From NCBI GenBank assembly GCA_964035545.1, contig OZ037765.1, positions 22,567,504 through 22,631,503 on the forward strand: 64,000 bases of DNA, written 5' to 3'. Positions 63,125 to 64,000 of this stretch are shown one piece after another. Source of the stretch: Bugula neritina. Lineage: Eukaryota; Animalia; Bryozoa. Under the pieces are notes generated by a model. That model saw nothing but the letters and a program-made list of their open reading frames with translations. It ran no database searches and was not told the origin of the DNA. Made by a program: the position numbers and the translations under genes. Every line of letters begins with the position of its first letter. Positions within the stretch are counted from its first letter, which is position 1.

Positions 63125-63660
63125 CACCTTCTAATGTCTTCTATTCACCTTGCTATACACCACAAAATTTCAAGAAAGATGTTGATCACATCAGATTTCT
63201 CCTGTTGAAATAATTGTTTAAATTATTTGTTTCTTTCATGTGCCTGGTTGAGTGTGTCGCAGCTACATTGAAATAAAGAGTCTCTTGAAGTTAAATCAGC
63301 ATAATGACATATGTTGCAGCTTTTCTCATGAATTCATTGGGCTGCCACAAATACCTGCGATCAAGGTTGACAAGTGCTGCCTTTGATTCACAAATCTCAA
63401 TGTATTTTCATCTTTTGATGTCATTTACAAAAAGCATAATGATTAGATGCGCCCATAGAAGTAGAGACAGTGAGGGTATGCCAGTGCAGACAGCGTGTTG
63501 GCAGCAAGTATTGATAATAAGGTTGGCAAATGCATGCATGATGACCTAGTCTAGGTATGAAATATCACTATGCTACTAGTTTTATTACTATGTGGCATAT
63601 CTACGCATGTGGTTTTCGCAGTTTTACACTGTTTTTATAGATGCAGCGCTTATTACTTAT
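63125..63660 (-). pseudogene. Probable heavily decayed GPCR of the same broad family as 3905/7011
   Basis: Minus-strand fragments occur in the right order: SAASI...LRKPHA* (TM3 end), hydrophobic SLSLLLWAHLIIMLFV, MRKAATYVIMLI (cf. VRKATATVLIII), and ENFVVYSKVNRRH*K (cf. LNVVIYGVMTKGYR). There are multiple stops and frameshifts. Confidence 0.4.
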
Positions 63661-64000
63661 TGCTGAATTATGTTTGGATGTTGTTTTACATACTCTCTCT
63701 CTCATAAAATGTATCATTAAATATGAAATTCTTGTGCAAAATTGCTTATGTATTTAATAATTAATTGCACCACTCTCATTTGTGTACCAAGCATATAATT
63801 AGTTGCATTACCTGCCTGAAAAGTAGATTCTTAGCACACTTACCCGATAAAAATTTTATTCTACTGTTAAGCAAAACTGGAAATATGTTATGCTAACAGT
63901 AAATTTACACAAGAAACAATTGAATAAAATATATTCTAAGGCTTCTTGATAGCAGACATTAAATATAATTTTATATACGTCTTAGATTTATGTGATGGAT

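Overview
This is an AT-rich, intron-rich eukaryotic window from an invertebrate animal. A lophotrochozoan such as a bryozoan is my inference from composition and from the style of the GPCRs; the sequence does not prove it. Left to right it holds: (1) two tandem intronless rhodopsin-like GPCR genes on the minus strand, one intact and one broken by a single extra base; (2) SANBR/KIAA1841 (minus, 16 coding exons) head-to-head with LIN9 (plus, 11 coding exons) across a ~400 bp shared promoter; (3) a secreted M12B/ADAMTS-type metalloprotease (plus) that has LDLa repeats where TSP1 repeats would be expected; (4) an XRCC1-N-terminal-domain gene (XNDC1N-like, minus, 12 exons, one GC-AG intron) whose long tail carries SIM-, PIP- and UBZ-type motifs; (5) CDK2 (minus, 7 exons); (6) a gene-poor right end with a probable decayed GPCR. 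Repeats include four copies of one tRNA-derived SINE family, hAT-like MITE remnants, a G-rich foldback element, a 170 bp near-perfect palindrome next to the probable CDK2 promoter, microsatellites, and TAG/TAT/TAA low-complexity tracts that recur beside gene 5' ends. There is no CRISPR array, rRNA or intact tRNA. All exon models were built by hand from GT/GC-AG sites, reading-frame phase and recalled protein homology; no searches were run.
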